This document shows, one piece after another, positions 36,364 to 45,997 of a stretch of 64,000 bases of DNA (positions within the stretch are counted from its first letter, which is position 1; the number at the start of each line of letters is the position of its first letter). Source of the stretch: an uncultured Gammaproteobacteria bacterium (GTDB lineage: Bacteria > Pseudomonadota > Gammaproteobacteria > Pseudomonadales > Azotimanducaceae); assembly GCA_963812255.1 (NCBI GenBank), contig CAWEUM010000007.1:51347-115346 (forward strand). The letters are read 5' to 3'. Below the pieces are notes generated by a model, which had not been told where the DNA came from, made no database searches, and was given only the letters and a program-made list of their open reading frames with translations. The position numbers and the translations under genes were made by a program.

Positions 36364-37581
36364 CTAAAAATTGTCCGGACAGTGCGGCGCATGACGCGTC
36401 GCGAAGATGGGTGTCGCGCGTTCGAGCGCCGTGTCGTCTGCCTCGACCATACCCCACTGCGCCAGTTGCCGAGGCGTGCGATAGCCGCTGTACAGACTCG
36501 CTAGCGCCTTCACCGATAGGGTCATGTCCGCACGACCCCGCGAACGCGACACGGTGGCACCGTCTGGCGAGCACTCGAGTTTGTAGCGGCCCGCGTTCCA
36601 CGGGGTCAGTTCATCCGGTGCCACTTCGAGCGTGATCGAATCGGCGACGTGATAGCCGCGCCCGCTCAGCGCCGCGGCTGCATCGACGATGCGCAACCAG
36701 ATGCCATCGCGCGATTGAGAGTTCAACAGTCTGGGCTCCATGAACAACTCCGGCGCCGGATCATCGATCGGCGCGCGCGTCCATTGGATGCGGCCGACGA
36801 GGTCGTGGCGCGCCAGCCAGGACCACAAACTGCGGTATGCACCGTCATCGAGCCAGATGAAATCCTTCACCGTCAATTCCTGGGCCCGGGTGGGATGCGC
36901 GACTTTGTCGTTGCGCACGTGATACACCACGAACCCGCGGGGCGCACCGTCGGCGGCGTATGCGATCGCGACGTGCGTGGGGCCTGTCGTCGGATTGCTC
37001 GACAATGTGTTGTTCATCCACAGCGGTTTGGCGCGGTGCAGATAGCCCATGCGCTCCGCCACGAAATCGATGTAGAGCTGCTTCAAGACCGGATAGCCTG
37101 TATCGACATTGATGCGGGCAACGCGATGCGAACCGGCGTTGCCGTCGGCAAAACCCACATCCACGGTATCGATCCGGTAACTGACCAGTTCGCTCGACAA
37201 CGCGTAGCCGTAGCGTTGATAGATCGCCGCTTGCGATGCCCAGAGCGCTGCGACCGCCTGGCCACGTTCATGCATGTCAGCGAGTGAACGCGTCGTGATG
37301 CGCCGCAGCAGCCCCTGACGTCGATACTCGGGCAGCGTACCCACCGCGGTGATACCACCCAACGCGACCGCCTTGCCGTTCGCGCGCATCGTAAACGGCA
37401 CGCACGAATAGCTCGTCGCCATGCGTCCGTCGACGAACGCACACAGTGTCCACTCCGGCCGATTGTTCTGCGCAACGATATTGTCGGGACCATCGCCAAA
37501 CGATCCGGCGTAGACATAGGTCGCGATTCCGCCGAACTGAACCATCTCGTCAGCCCGCGCCGCGCGCACCTCTATGGACAT
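36364..37581 (-). CDS. GNAT family N-acetyltransferase (Eis-like, with a C-terminal SCP2-like domain)
   Basis: 405-aa ORF with the LPEYRRQGLLRR acetyl-CoA-binding motif. Length and architecture are typical of Eis-type enzymes. Confidence 0.75.
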   Translation of the reverse strand: MSIEVRAARADEMVQFGGIATYVYAGSFGDGPDNIVAQNNRPEWTLCAFVDGRMATSYSCVPFTMRANGKAVALGGITAVGTLPEYRRQGLLRRITTRSLADMHERGQAVAALWASQAAIYQRYGYALSSELVSYRIDTVDVGFADGNAGSHRVARINVDTGYPVLKQLYIDFVAERMGYLHRAKPLWMNNTLSSNPTTGPTHVAIAYAADGAPRGFVVYHVRNDKVAHPTRAQELTVKDFIWLDDGAYRSLWSWLARHDLVGRIQWTRAPIDDPAPELFMEPRLLNSQSRDGIWLRIVDAAAALSGRGYHVADSITLEVAPDELTPWNAGRYKLECSPDGATVSRSRGRADMTLSVKALASLYSGYRTPRQLAQWGMVEADDTALERATPIFATRHAPHCPDNF

Positions 37582-37639
37582 GTCAGAATCCCCATTTGCG
37601 TCATCATCAGCGCCATTTCGGCATTCCGTCTCGGCCTAG

Positions 37640-38275
37640 TCACGCGCGTACCCCAGGTCTTGGAATGTCGCCGACCTTCGTCGCCGGTACATCATACCCG
37701 CGCTGTACTGCACTGCGATTCGCAATCGACGTGTACCAACGCATCAGGTGCGGATAATCGGCCAGATCGATCTGCTGCCACTCGAATCGCGCAATCCACG
37801 GCCACGTCGCAATGTCGGCGATCGAATAGTCATCGGCCAGGTATTCGTGATCCCGCAGGCGCGTATCGAGCACGCCGTACAATCGAGCTGCCTCGCGTTT
37901 GAATCGCAGCTCAGCGTACGGTGCCTTGCCGGGATTGAAATGCAGGAAGTGATGCACCTGGCCGAGCATCGGTCCGATACCGCCCATCTGCAGCATCAAC
38001 CACTCGAGCGTCTGCCAGCGGTCCGGCCCCATCAGCGCATTGTACTTGTCGGCCAGATACAACAGGATCGCACCGGATTCCATCAGCGCACGTCCCGTAT
38101 CGCGATCGACGATCGCCGGAATTTTGTTGTTGGGGCTGATCGCGAGGAGCTCCGGCGCGAACTGCTGATCCTTGCCGATGTCGACGGGATGGACGGTGTA
38201 CTCGACACCCAGTTCCTCCAATGCAATCGAGATCTTGCGGCCGTTCGGCGTGGACCACGTGTACAGCTCGATCAT
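37640..38275 (-). CDS. glutathione S-transferase (Nu-class, YfcG/YghU-like)
   Basis: MIELYTWSTPNGRKISIALEELG...ISPNNKIPAIVD...ESGAILLYLA. ATG 38275 overlaps the upstream stop (ATGA). Confidence 0.9.
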   Translation of the reverse strand: MIELYTWSTPNGRKISIALEELGVEYTVHPVDIGKDQQFAPELLAISPNNKIPAIVDRDTGRALMESGAILLYLADKYNALMGPDRWQTLEWLMLQMGGIGPMLGQVHHFLHFNPGKAPYAELRFKREAARLYGVLDTRLRDHEYLADDYSIADIATWPWIARFEWQQIDLADYPHLMRWYTSIANRSAVQRGYDVPATKVGDIPRPGVRA

Positions 38276-39675
38276 CCGCCGCCCTGCTCCGCGAGTGGTT
38301 TGGCGAGTGCTTCGTTGAGGCGTATGCCCTTCGCCGCAATGGAAGAACGCAATTCCTCTTGCCGTGCGCGATTCAACGGAAAATTCCAGATGAATGCCGT
38401 CGAGATGAACATCAGCACCACCGGGATGCCGCAGAACGCGTACTTCAGCGCCGCGAGTCCATGTGGATCGTTGTGGTGTTGCGGATCGAAACCGAAAAAC
38501 TGCACCAGCGGCAGCGCAATGCCGGACGCCAGCGCAATTGCCAGTTTGTCGCCCATCGCCCACAGTGCCATGAACAACGCACCGCGCTGTTGGTCGGTCT
38601 CAACGGTATCGTGGTCGATGACGTCCGCGGCCATCGACGGAGCCAGGATCGCGCTGGCCGGCGCGAGCAGTCCGGTGAAAAAATTCAGCACGATGTAGTA
38701 GGCAAACTGACCGGGCTGGAACAGCAATACCAGACTGAAAATGCCGACGCCGAGTAGCGAGGACACCGCGAGCAACCGATGCTTGCTGAAACGCGGGGCA
38801 ATACGCACGAAGATCGGCGTGCCGATCACCTGGCCCGCGAAATAGGTCAGCAGGATCAGCGGCCACTGCGTCGCGTCCGCGAGCAGGTAGAAGGTGACGA
38901 AAAACACGAACAGCGTATTGATGCAGTTCCACCCCACCGCGCCGATGACGTTCGATACGAGCAGGCGCCGGAACGGTCGGTTGCGCGCGACCAAGGCAAG
39001 CGCCTTGCGCAATTCGAGCGGTCGCGCCGTGGCGAACTTCGCTTGCGGCACCGCGACGAGCATCCACACCACACTGACGATCAGGATCGTGACAGTCGAC
39101 CAGGCGATGATTTTCAACATCGGCTGCATGCTGTTCGGCGCATCGGTCTGCGCCCAGCCGACACCGGCATGCGCCAACCACGCCAGCGCCAGCGGCAGCA
39201 GAACCGTCAACAGTAGACCGATGTTCGATGCCCACGCGCGCGCGCCGGTGATTCGCGAACGTTCGTTGTAATCCCCGGAAATCTCCGCGGCCCACGCCGA
39301 CAGCGGAATGCTGATCAGCGTCCAACCGAAATAAAGCACTGCGACGGCACAGAACAGGTAGAGCGCGGTCGGCTGAGCGACGAACGGATCGAACACCGCA
39401 ACGGTCGCCACCGCCATCACCGGCAGCCCGATCCCAATCCACAGGCCGCGCCGCCCCCAGCCCGCCGGAGTGCGATCCGACCACGCGCCGATCAGTGGAT
39501 CGGTCAGCACATCGGTGATTCGCGTCAGCATCAGCACCACGCCGATCGTTGCCAGACCGATACCGAGTTCGCCGCCGTAATACGGGGTGAGATACAACGC
39601 GAGCGGCAAGCCGCCCATCGCCAGCGGCATGCTGAGGAATCCGAACGCAAACAGTTGAGGCGTCTTGAGCTGCAT
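38272..39675 (-). CDS. MFS transporter, glycoside-pentoside-hexuronide (GPH)-like
   Basis: Start at ATG 39675 (MQLKTPQLFAFGFLSMPLAMGG...). About 12 TM segments and the GPH-like motif RITDVLTDPLIGAWSDRT. Confidence 0.85.
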   Translation of the reverse strand: MQLKTPQLFAFGFLSMPLAMGGLPLALYLTPYYGGELGIGLATIGVVLMLTRITDVLTDPLIGAWSDRTPAGWGRRGLWIGIGLPVMAVATVAVFDPFVAQPTALYLFCAVAVLYFGWTLISIPLSAWAAEISGDYNERSRITGARAWASNIGLLLTVLLPLALAWLAHAGVGWAQTDAPNSMQPMLKIIAWSTVTILIVSVVWMLVAVPQAKFATARPLELRKALALVARNRPFRRLLVSNVIGAVGWNCINTLFVFFVTFYLLADATQWPLILLTYFAGQVIGTPIFVRIAPRFSKHRLLAVSSLLGVGIFSLVLLFQPGQFAYYIVLNFFTGLLAPASAILAPSMAADVIDHDTVETDQQRGALFMALWAMGDKLAIALASGIALPLVQFFGFDPQHHNDPHGLAALKYAFCGIPVVLMFISTAFIWNFPLNRARQEELRSSIAAKGIRLNEALAKPLAEQGGG

Positions 39676-39741
39676 TCGTACTCCGCAGGCTACCGATAGA
39701 ACATGCGATCCGATATGTTTCCCCAACCAAGGGGAACCTCC

Positions 39742-40893
39742 ATGATCTACGACTTCGCGGTGGGACGCACCAATCCCGAGACATTTCCGCTCGACGCATT
39801 CAAGCTTGCAGCGTCTCGCGCAATCGAGCGCGACCACGCGCTGTATGCGAACTATCCGGGCGGGCTCGGCCACGAGCGACTACGCGCGCTGCTGGCCCAG
39901 CGCGAATCCGAACGCGAAGGCGTGCCGGTATCCACCGAGCGCGTCGCGCTGACGAACGGATCGATGCAGGCGGTTACGCTCATCGCGCAAGCCTTGATCG
40001 AACACCGCGGCGACATCGTCATCACCGAAGAGTTCACCTACCCCGGCACGATTTCGGCATACAGGAGTCTCGGCATCGATCTAGTGGGACTACCGATCGA
40101 TGCCGACGGCATGTGCCCCGATGCACTCGAACGCGTGCTCGACGAACTCGCGCACAAAGGCACCCCGCCGCGCTTCATCTATACGGAAGCGACCTATCAG
40201 AACCCAACCGGCGCGACGATGCCGCGCGAGCGTCGCCTGCAGATTCTCAGCCTCGCAAAACGCTTCGGCGTGATTCTCGTGGAAGACAACTGCTACGGAG
40301 ACGTGCATTTCGACGGCGCCAAACCGCCAGCATTCTATGCACTCGACGACTACGCCGGGCAGATCTACGTGTGTTCGCTGTCGAAGATCCTGGCCCCCGG
40401 CGTGCGGCTCGGCTACTTCATGGCGAACGACCCTGACCTGTTCCAGCGCGTGCTGAGTCGCCGCCACGATGCCGGTAGCAACACACTCGCGGCGTCGATC
40501 GTGGCGGAATACCTGGACGGCCGGATCTGGCCGCACTGCGACGAACAGAACGCCGCCTTCAAGCACAAACGCGATCTGATTACGATGGCACTCGCGGCGC
40601 ACGTCGGCGACAGTTGTCGCTGGTCGGCGCCGGCTGGTGGTCTGTTTCTGTGGCTGCGCTTGCCCGACGACATCGATCGCGACCGGCTCGAGTCGTTGGC
40701 GGATCAACGTGGTTTCCGTTACGCGCGCGGGCGGGCGTTTCAAGTAGACAACGAAGACGTACCGTTTCTGCGCCTCGCGTTCGGTCACGTGCCGGACGAG
40801 ATGATCAATGAAGGTATTCCAGTGCTGGCGGAGTGCATTAGAGAAGCGCGTACATCTAACGAACGTGGCCGGCCTACATCTCTGTACCGCTGA
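39742..40893 (+). CDS. PLP-dependent aminotransferase (class I/II fold)
   Basis: Start at ATG 39742 with AAGGGGA upstream. SLSKILAPGVRLGY contains the PLP-lysine motif. Confidence 0.85.
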   Translation: MIYDFAVGRTNPETFPLDAFKLAASRAIERDHALYANYPGGLGHERLRALLAQRESEREGVPVSTERVALTNGSMQAVTLIAQALIEHRGDIVITEEFTYPGTISAYRSLGIDLVGLPIDADGMCPDALERVLDELAHKGTPPRFIYTEATYQNPTGATMPRERRLQILSLAKRFGVILVEDNCYGDVHFDGAKPPAFYALDDYAGQIYVCSLSKILAPGVRLGYFMANDPDLFQRVLSRRHDAGSNTLAASIVAEYLDGRIWPHCDEQNAAFKHKRDLITMALAAHVGDSCRWSAPAGGLFLWLRLPDDIDRDRLESLADQRGFRYARGRAFQVDNEDVPFLRLAFGHVPDEMINEGIPVLAECIREARTSNERGRPTSLYR

Positions 40894-42139
40894 GCGCCAG
40901 ATCGGGCGCACGAAGGCCCACTACCACGCGCCGCAAAAGCGGCACCAGCGCGAACAATCCGACGGTCGAACCCACCCACACCGCCAACGTGACCGATGTG
41001 GCAGATGCCAGCACCCCGGCGACCAACGCACCGAGCGGCAACAACACACCGGTCATCACCTGCAGCAGCCCATTGGCGCGCGCCATCACATCGAGCGGCA
41101 GCACGGCCTGGCGGTAGCTGTTTGCGAGAATCAGAAACGCAACCATCGCGCCATCACCGAGCAGTTGGCCCGCCGATAGACACGCTACGCCAAATGTGGG
41201 TTCGATGGCCGCCATGGGAACGAACAATCCGGCAAATTTGCCGATCGCAAGCGTCGCGATCATCGCACGACCGAGACCGAGGCGAACCGATATCCACGAC
41301 GCCACGAACGCCCCGGCGAGCGCGCTTATGCCGCCCAGACTGATGACGATGCCGATCGCGGCGACGTTGAGTTGTAATGTCTGCAACGCATACAGCATGT
41401 AAAGCGCCATGAAGAATCCATTGGCAAGATCGCCGATTGCGAATGCAACAAACGTCGGCCCGACAACCGGATGACCGAAGCCAGCGCGCGCTCCGATACG
41501 AATGTCTTCCAGCAACGACGGCGCGGTGGCTGCAATGTTGCGGTGATCCTCTTTCGTGCGGATGCTCGTGAGCAACCCCGCGGAGACGATATACGACGTA
41601 GCATCGATGAGCATCGTCACCGGCGCCGTCAATAGCTGAATCAACACACCGGCAAGACCAGGGCCGCCGATTTCCGCAACCGAATCCGTTGCCTGCAGCT
41701 TCGAGTTGCCCTCGATCAGATGCTCGCGACCGATCAATATCGGCAGATAAGCGTTGTCGGCGAGCTGGAACAGCGCCGAGCAGCCACCGACGCACGCAGC
41801 TACGACATAGAGCTGGGCCATTCCAAGCTGCGCACCCCACGCTGCCACCGGAATGCTGAACACCAGCAGCGCGCGGGCGATGTCGGTCGCAATCAACACC
41901 GGCCGCTTGGCGTGGCGATCGATGAAGCCGCCCGCGAACAGCCCGACGAGTATGCCGGGCGTAACTTCGAGCGCGCTCAAGATCGCAATCTGCATCGGAT
42001 CGGAGGTGACCAGCAGGATTGCGATCACCGGCAATGCGGTGCGCGTGATCCGGCTGCCAAACGCGCTGACCGTTTGCGCGCCCCACAGGCGCATGAAGTC
42101 GCGATGTCGCGCAAGCGGCCCGAATGAAAACCGCGTCAA
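40874..42139 (-). CDS. MFS transporter (EntS-like); start proposed at TTG 42139
   Basis: Polytopic ORF listed as 40874..42178. TTG 42139 overlaps the upstream stop as TTGA and gives the N-terminus (M)TRFSFGPLARHRDFMRLWGAQ. Its 3' end overlaps the convergent aminotransferase gene by 20 nt. Confidence 0.75.
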   Translation of the reverse strand: MTRFSFGPLARHRDFMRLWGAQTVSAFGSRITRTALPVIAILLVTSDPMQIAILSALEVTPGILVGLFAGGFIDRHAKRPVLIATDIARALLVFSIPVAAWGAQLGMAQLYVVAACVGGCSALFQLADNAYLPILIGREHLIEGNSKLQATDSVAEIGGPGLAGVLIQLLTAPVTMLIDATSYIVSAGLLTSIRTKEDHRNIAATAPSLLEDIRIGARAGFGHPVVGPTFVAFAIGDLANGFFMALYMLYALQTLQLNVAAIGIVISLGGISALAGAFVASWISVRLGLGRAMIATLAIGKFAGLFVPMAAIEPTFGVACLSAGQLLGDGAMVAFLILANSYRQAVLPLDVMARANGLLQVMTGVLLPLGALVAGVLASATSVTLAVWVGSTVGLFALVPLLRRVVVGLRAPDLALSGTEM

Positions 42140-43503
42140 ATCGATGGTGGCTGGCGCCTGGCAATTCGGCCATCCCACCGCAACCAGACGATTACCCCGG
42201 CATCGTCGCGCAGGAATTCGACGCGTTCGCCTTTGCGCGGACCGCTCACCACGGCCAGGCGGTCGGTCCCAGTGAACGGCAGCATCGCGGGCGGCAACGG
42301 AATCGGCCGCAACTTCGGATCGGCGACGAATTTCGGCGCCGGCGTACCGGTGATGCGCAGTCGATCTCCGTCCACCGCAACGTCGAGATGTTCGAGTGTT
42401 GCGTGGTAGGTGCCGGCGTATTCGTCGAGCTGCACGTCGAGACCCACAGCCTCACAGGGCACCGGCTTGTCGAATCCGAGAAAATACCGTTGCGCGTGAT
42501 CGGCGATCGTCTGTCGCGCTTCGCGTCCGGTATCGGCGTTGGTCAGCACCGTCACCGCGAAGCCGGCCGGCGGAATCAGCTCGAACGACGACAACTGACC
42601 GTTGGTTGCACCGCCATGCTTGACGAGCGGCTGAGAACTGCCAGCATCGTCGAGCATCCACGAAACACCGATCGATTCGCACATGCTGCCGGCCGGACGC
42701 TGCGCCTGCTGCATCGCCCGAATCGATTCACGGTGCAATACGTCGGGCGCTTCAGTCGCACCGATATGCAACGCCGCATAACGCAACTGGTCGATGACGT
42801 TCGAGATCACGCCGCCTCCCCCCGCGCCGCTGCGCCACATATGCCAGCGTCGTGCGATCTGAGGACCTTCGGCTGTGACGATATGACCCGACGCGACTCG
42901 GTACGTGATGCAGTCCTCCGGGAAATAGAAGGACTCGCTCATATCGAGCGGCGCGAAGATCCGCTCGGCGACGACGTGTTCGAATGGCTTGCCGCGCAAC
43001 GTCTCGACGATGTGCGCCAGCACGTAGAACGCAGCATTGCTGTACGAAAACGTCGTGCCGGCCGGGACCATTTGCGGCGAGTTCGCCATCTTCGCAACAA
43101 TGGTGGCGATCGCATCGTCGCCGCGGCCGGTATCTCTAAAATAGTCGCCAACGTATCCGGTGTGGTGCGTGACGAGATCGCGTACGGTGATGCGGGCGGC
43201 GTCGGCTTCTGATTGCAGCCTGAACTTCGGCAGATACGTTCGCACCGTCGCATCGAGATCCAACAGGCCCTCCTCGACGAGCTGCATCAGCACCGTCGCG
43301 GTGACCGTCTTCGACGTGGAACCGATTTGAAACAGCGTGCGCGGCGTGACCGGCAGCGGATGCTCCACGTTCGTGACGCCGACACCACCAACGTACATGA
43401 CGCGGTCGTGCAGCACGCCGACCGCAGCGCCGGGCATTAGCAGGCGCTCGCTTTCGGCGCGCGCGAATGCAATCAGCTCATCGGGTAGCGCGCGGATTTC
43501 CAA
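42136..43503 (-). CDS. serine hydrolase, beta-lactamase/transpeptidase fold (class C / D-aminopeptidase-like)
   Basis: 455-aa ORF with the SxxK motif in FQIGSTSKTVT. Confidence 0.8.
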   Translation of the reverse strand: MEIRALPDELIAFARAESERLLMPGAAVGVLHDRVMYVGGVGVTNVEHPLPVTPRTLFQIGSTSKTVTATVLMQLVEEGLLDLDATVRTYLPKFRLQSEADAARITVRDLVTHHTGYVGDYFRDTGRGDDAIATIVAKMANSPQMVPAGTTFSYSNAAFYVLAHIVETLRGKPFEHVVAERIFAPLDMSESFYFPEDCITYRVASGHIVTAEGPQIARRWHMWRSGAGGGGVISNVIDQLRYAALHIGATEAPDVLHRESIRAMQQAQRPAGSMCESIGVSWMLDDAGSSQPLVKHGGATNGQLSSFELIPPAGFAVTVLTNADTGREARQTIADHAQRYFLGFDKPVPCEAVGLDVQLDEYAGTYHATLEHLDVAVDGDRLRITGTPAPKFVADPKLRPIPLPPAMLPFTGTDRLAVVSGPRKGERVEFLRDDAGVIVWLRWDGRIARRQPPSI

Positions 43504-43506
43504 GTA

Positions 43507-44988
43507 CTACTCGAACGCGGTGCGTTTGTAGCGCAGCATCTTTCCGCTACCAATGCCGGTGTGACGCCCCCCGTCGTACGCGACCTCGCCGTTGACGACG
43601 ACCAGGGCAATCCCCTCCGGCTCACGCTGTGGTTCATCGTAAGTGGCCGTGTCTACGACGGTCTTCGGATCAAACAGCACCAGGTCCGCCCAATAGCCTT
43701 CCTTCACGCGGCCGCGTTCGACGATGCCGAATGTATTCGCCGACAGCGACGTAATCCGCCGGACTGCTTCCTCGAGCCCGAGCGTGCCGCGCTCGCGCAC
43801 GTAGTGCCCCAACACGCGAGGAAAGGTGCCGAACAGGCGCGGGTGCGGCCGGCCGCGCAGATCCGGAATGCCGTCGGAGCCGACCATCATGTCGGCATGC
43901 CGGAGATTCGTTTCGACGTCCGCTTCGTCGATGATGAACTGGATGCAGATGGTGCGATCCCCACGCGGCGCCGTCAGGACCTGTCTGACGAGTTCGGTGA
44001 TGTCGACGCCGCGCTCCGCGGCCACGTCGATGAGCATGCGTCCTTCCAGTTCCCGAAATGCCGGGCAACTGGCGATGCGAATCACCTCCGCCAACGCGCG
44101 ATCGATCTTCTCGAGATTGAAGTACTCGATCATGCGGCCGCTGCCGGCCGTGTAGGGATACACGTCGAGAGTCACGCGCTGACCTGAGGCAATGGCGCGA
44201 TCGACGCGTTCGAGGGAATCTTTCACCTTGCCCCAGTTCGGCCGGCCGGCACTCTTGTGATGTGAGATGTGCAGATGCACATCGCTTTCACGGCCGATGC
44301 GCAATGATTCCTCCACCGCTTCGAGCAGCCGATCCCCTTCGTTGCGCATATGCGTGGTGTACAGACCGTCGAATGCTTTTACCATCCCTGCCAGTTCGAT
44401 CACTTCTTCGGTACGGCTCCAACGTCCCGGCCGATAGATCAGCCCGGTCGAGAACCCACAGGCGCCCTGCTCCATCGCGCGTTCGACGTGGCTGCGCATC
44501 GTTGCGAGTTCAGCCGCATCGGGCGCGCGCTGTTCCATACCCATCGTCATCGCACGCACGGTGTTGTGGCCGACCAGCATCAGGTTGTTGATGGCAGGCT
44601 TGCGTTCGAGCGCCGCCTCGAAATAGCCGGCAAGATCGGTGAACTCGCCGCTGACGCCGGCGAGAATGCCGCCACTTGCCGCGACCGCATCTTTAGCCGG
44701 ATCCGCCGGAATCGCGCTGAAGCCGCAATTGCCGCTGACGACCGTGGTCACGCCCTGCGCGAGTTTGAATTCCATACCGGGATAGCGAAAGAACGCGCCG
44801 TCGTCATGGGCGTGCGTATCGATGAAACCGGGCGCGAGGCACAAGCCCTGGCCGTCGATTTCACGCTTCGCGGCACCGGCGCGGCCCACCGCCGTGATGC
44901 GCCCAGCGTCGATTTCCACGTCGGCCTCAAAAGCAGCGCCGCCGCTGCCGTCGAGCACGCGCACGTTACGTATCGCCAGGTCCGTCAT
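43507..44988 (-). CDS. N-acyl-D-amino-acid deacylase (D-aminoacylase) family amidohydrolase
   Basis: Start at ATG 44988 (MTDLAIRNVRVLDGSG...) and GFIDTHAHDD. ATGA overlap with the upstream gene stop. Confidence 0.85.
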   Translation of the reverse strand: MTDLAIRNVRVLDGSGGAAFEADVEIDAGRITAVGRAGAAKREIDGQGLCLAPGFIDTHAHDDGAFFRYPGMEFKLAQGVTTVVSGNCGFSAIPADPAKDAVAASGGILAGVSGEFTDLAGYFEAALERKPAINNLMLVGHNTVRAMTMGMEQRAPDAAELATMRSHVERAMEQGACGFSTGLIYRPGRWSRTEEVIELAGMVKAFDGLYTTHMRNEGDRLLEAVEESLRIGRESDVHLHISHHKSAGRPNWGKVKDSLERVDRAIASGQRVTLDVYPYTAGSGRMIEYFNLEKIDRALAEVIRIASCPAFRELEGRMLIDVAAERGVDITELVRQVLTAPRGDRTICIQFIIDEADVETNLRHADMMVGSDGIPDLRGRPHPRLFGTFPRVLGHYVRERGTLGLEEAVRRITSLSANTFGIVERGRVKEGYWADLVLFDPKTVVDTATYDEPQREPEGIALVVVNGEVAYDGGRHTGIGSGKMLRYKRTAFE

Positions 44989-45950
44989 ATCAGATTCTCC
45001 GTCCAGAATGCGATCATGTCGTCGCGAAACAGTTTCGCATCGCCGTCGCGGCTGCCGATCTTCGCACCTTTTCGACCATACCCTGCTTTCAGACCATAGA
45101 CGAACAGGTCGCGATCGACGAGATCCGGATCCGCTTGTCCGGACAACGGATGGATCAGCGCGCCATCGTCGGCGATGTAGTTGCTCGGCGCATCCGGTGA
45201 TACGGCGGCGTCGGGAATGGTCTCGATCGGAGTGTCGCGGTCGAAGCTGTGATGTGCGCCGTCGACGATCCGCAACGTCGCGCGGCCGCCACGCAGTCGC
45301 ATCGCCTGAATGTGGCCCTGCACCTGTTGCGGCAGGCACCATTCGTCGCGATCGCCAATGATCGCACGCACCGCGGTGCCGCCAACGTCCGGATCCAGGA
45401 ACTGATGGCCGCACCACGGATACGCGGCGTACACCGCACACAGCCGCCGCGAATCGCCGAGCACCGGCACGCAGAAGCGCCTCATCGCGGCCGTCAGCAC
45501 AGCGGAGCCGCCGCGACTGTGGCCTTGAGCACCGATACGGCTCGATTCGATCTCGGGCAGGTGAGCCAACGCGCGCACGGTTGCCAGCACATCGTATGCG
45601 CTCGCGGCGAACGAGTATTGCGCCTGATTCGCCACCGTCGAAGTGACGCCGCGGGTACCGAATGGATCGATCACGCAGGCAGCGATGCCGTAATGGGTGA
45701 ACTTCTCGGCGTGCGCTAGGTGCGACGGCGCGACACCGAGACTGCCCGGTACAACGATCACAACCGGAACCGCGCGCTCAGCGCCGGGCGGAAGGAACAA
45801 CTTTGCGTCGATCACCGCGCGCGGCATGTCCCGCGGGATGCTGATCACCTGATGGTAGTTAACCGGGCTCGCGGTTTCGATCTCGATGTTGCGGCCGACG
45901 CAACCGTTGGCGAAGACGATGTCGCTGTCGCAAAGGCGTGTCCCGTTCAT
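44985..45950 (-). CDS. alpha/beta hydrolase (dienelactone-hydrolase-like)
   Basis: 321-aa ORF with the GHSRGG nucleophile elbow. Confidence 0.7.
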   Translation of the reverse strand: MNGTRLCDSDIVFANGCVGRNIEIETASPVNYHQVISIPRDMPRAVIDAKLFLPPGAERAVPVVIVVPGSLGVAPSHLAHAEKFTHYGIAACVIDPFGTRGVTSTVANQAQYSFAASAYDVLATVRALAHLPEIESSRIGAQGHSRGGSAVLTAAMRRFCVPVLGDSRRLCAVYAAYPWCGHQFLDPDVGGTAVRAIIGDRDEWCLPQQVQGHIQAMRLRGGRATLRIVDGAHHSFDRDTPIETIPDAAVSPDAPSNYIADDGALIHPLSGQADPDLVDRDLFVYGLKAGYGRKGAKIGSRDGDAKLFRDDMIAFWTENLI

Positions 45951-45997
45951 GCCATCATCTCCGAGGAAAAGGGGTCAGAGTTACTCTGAGCCCCTTC

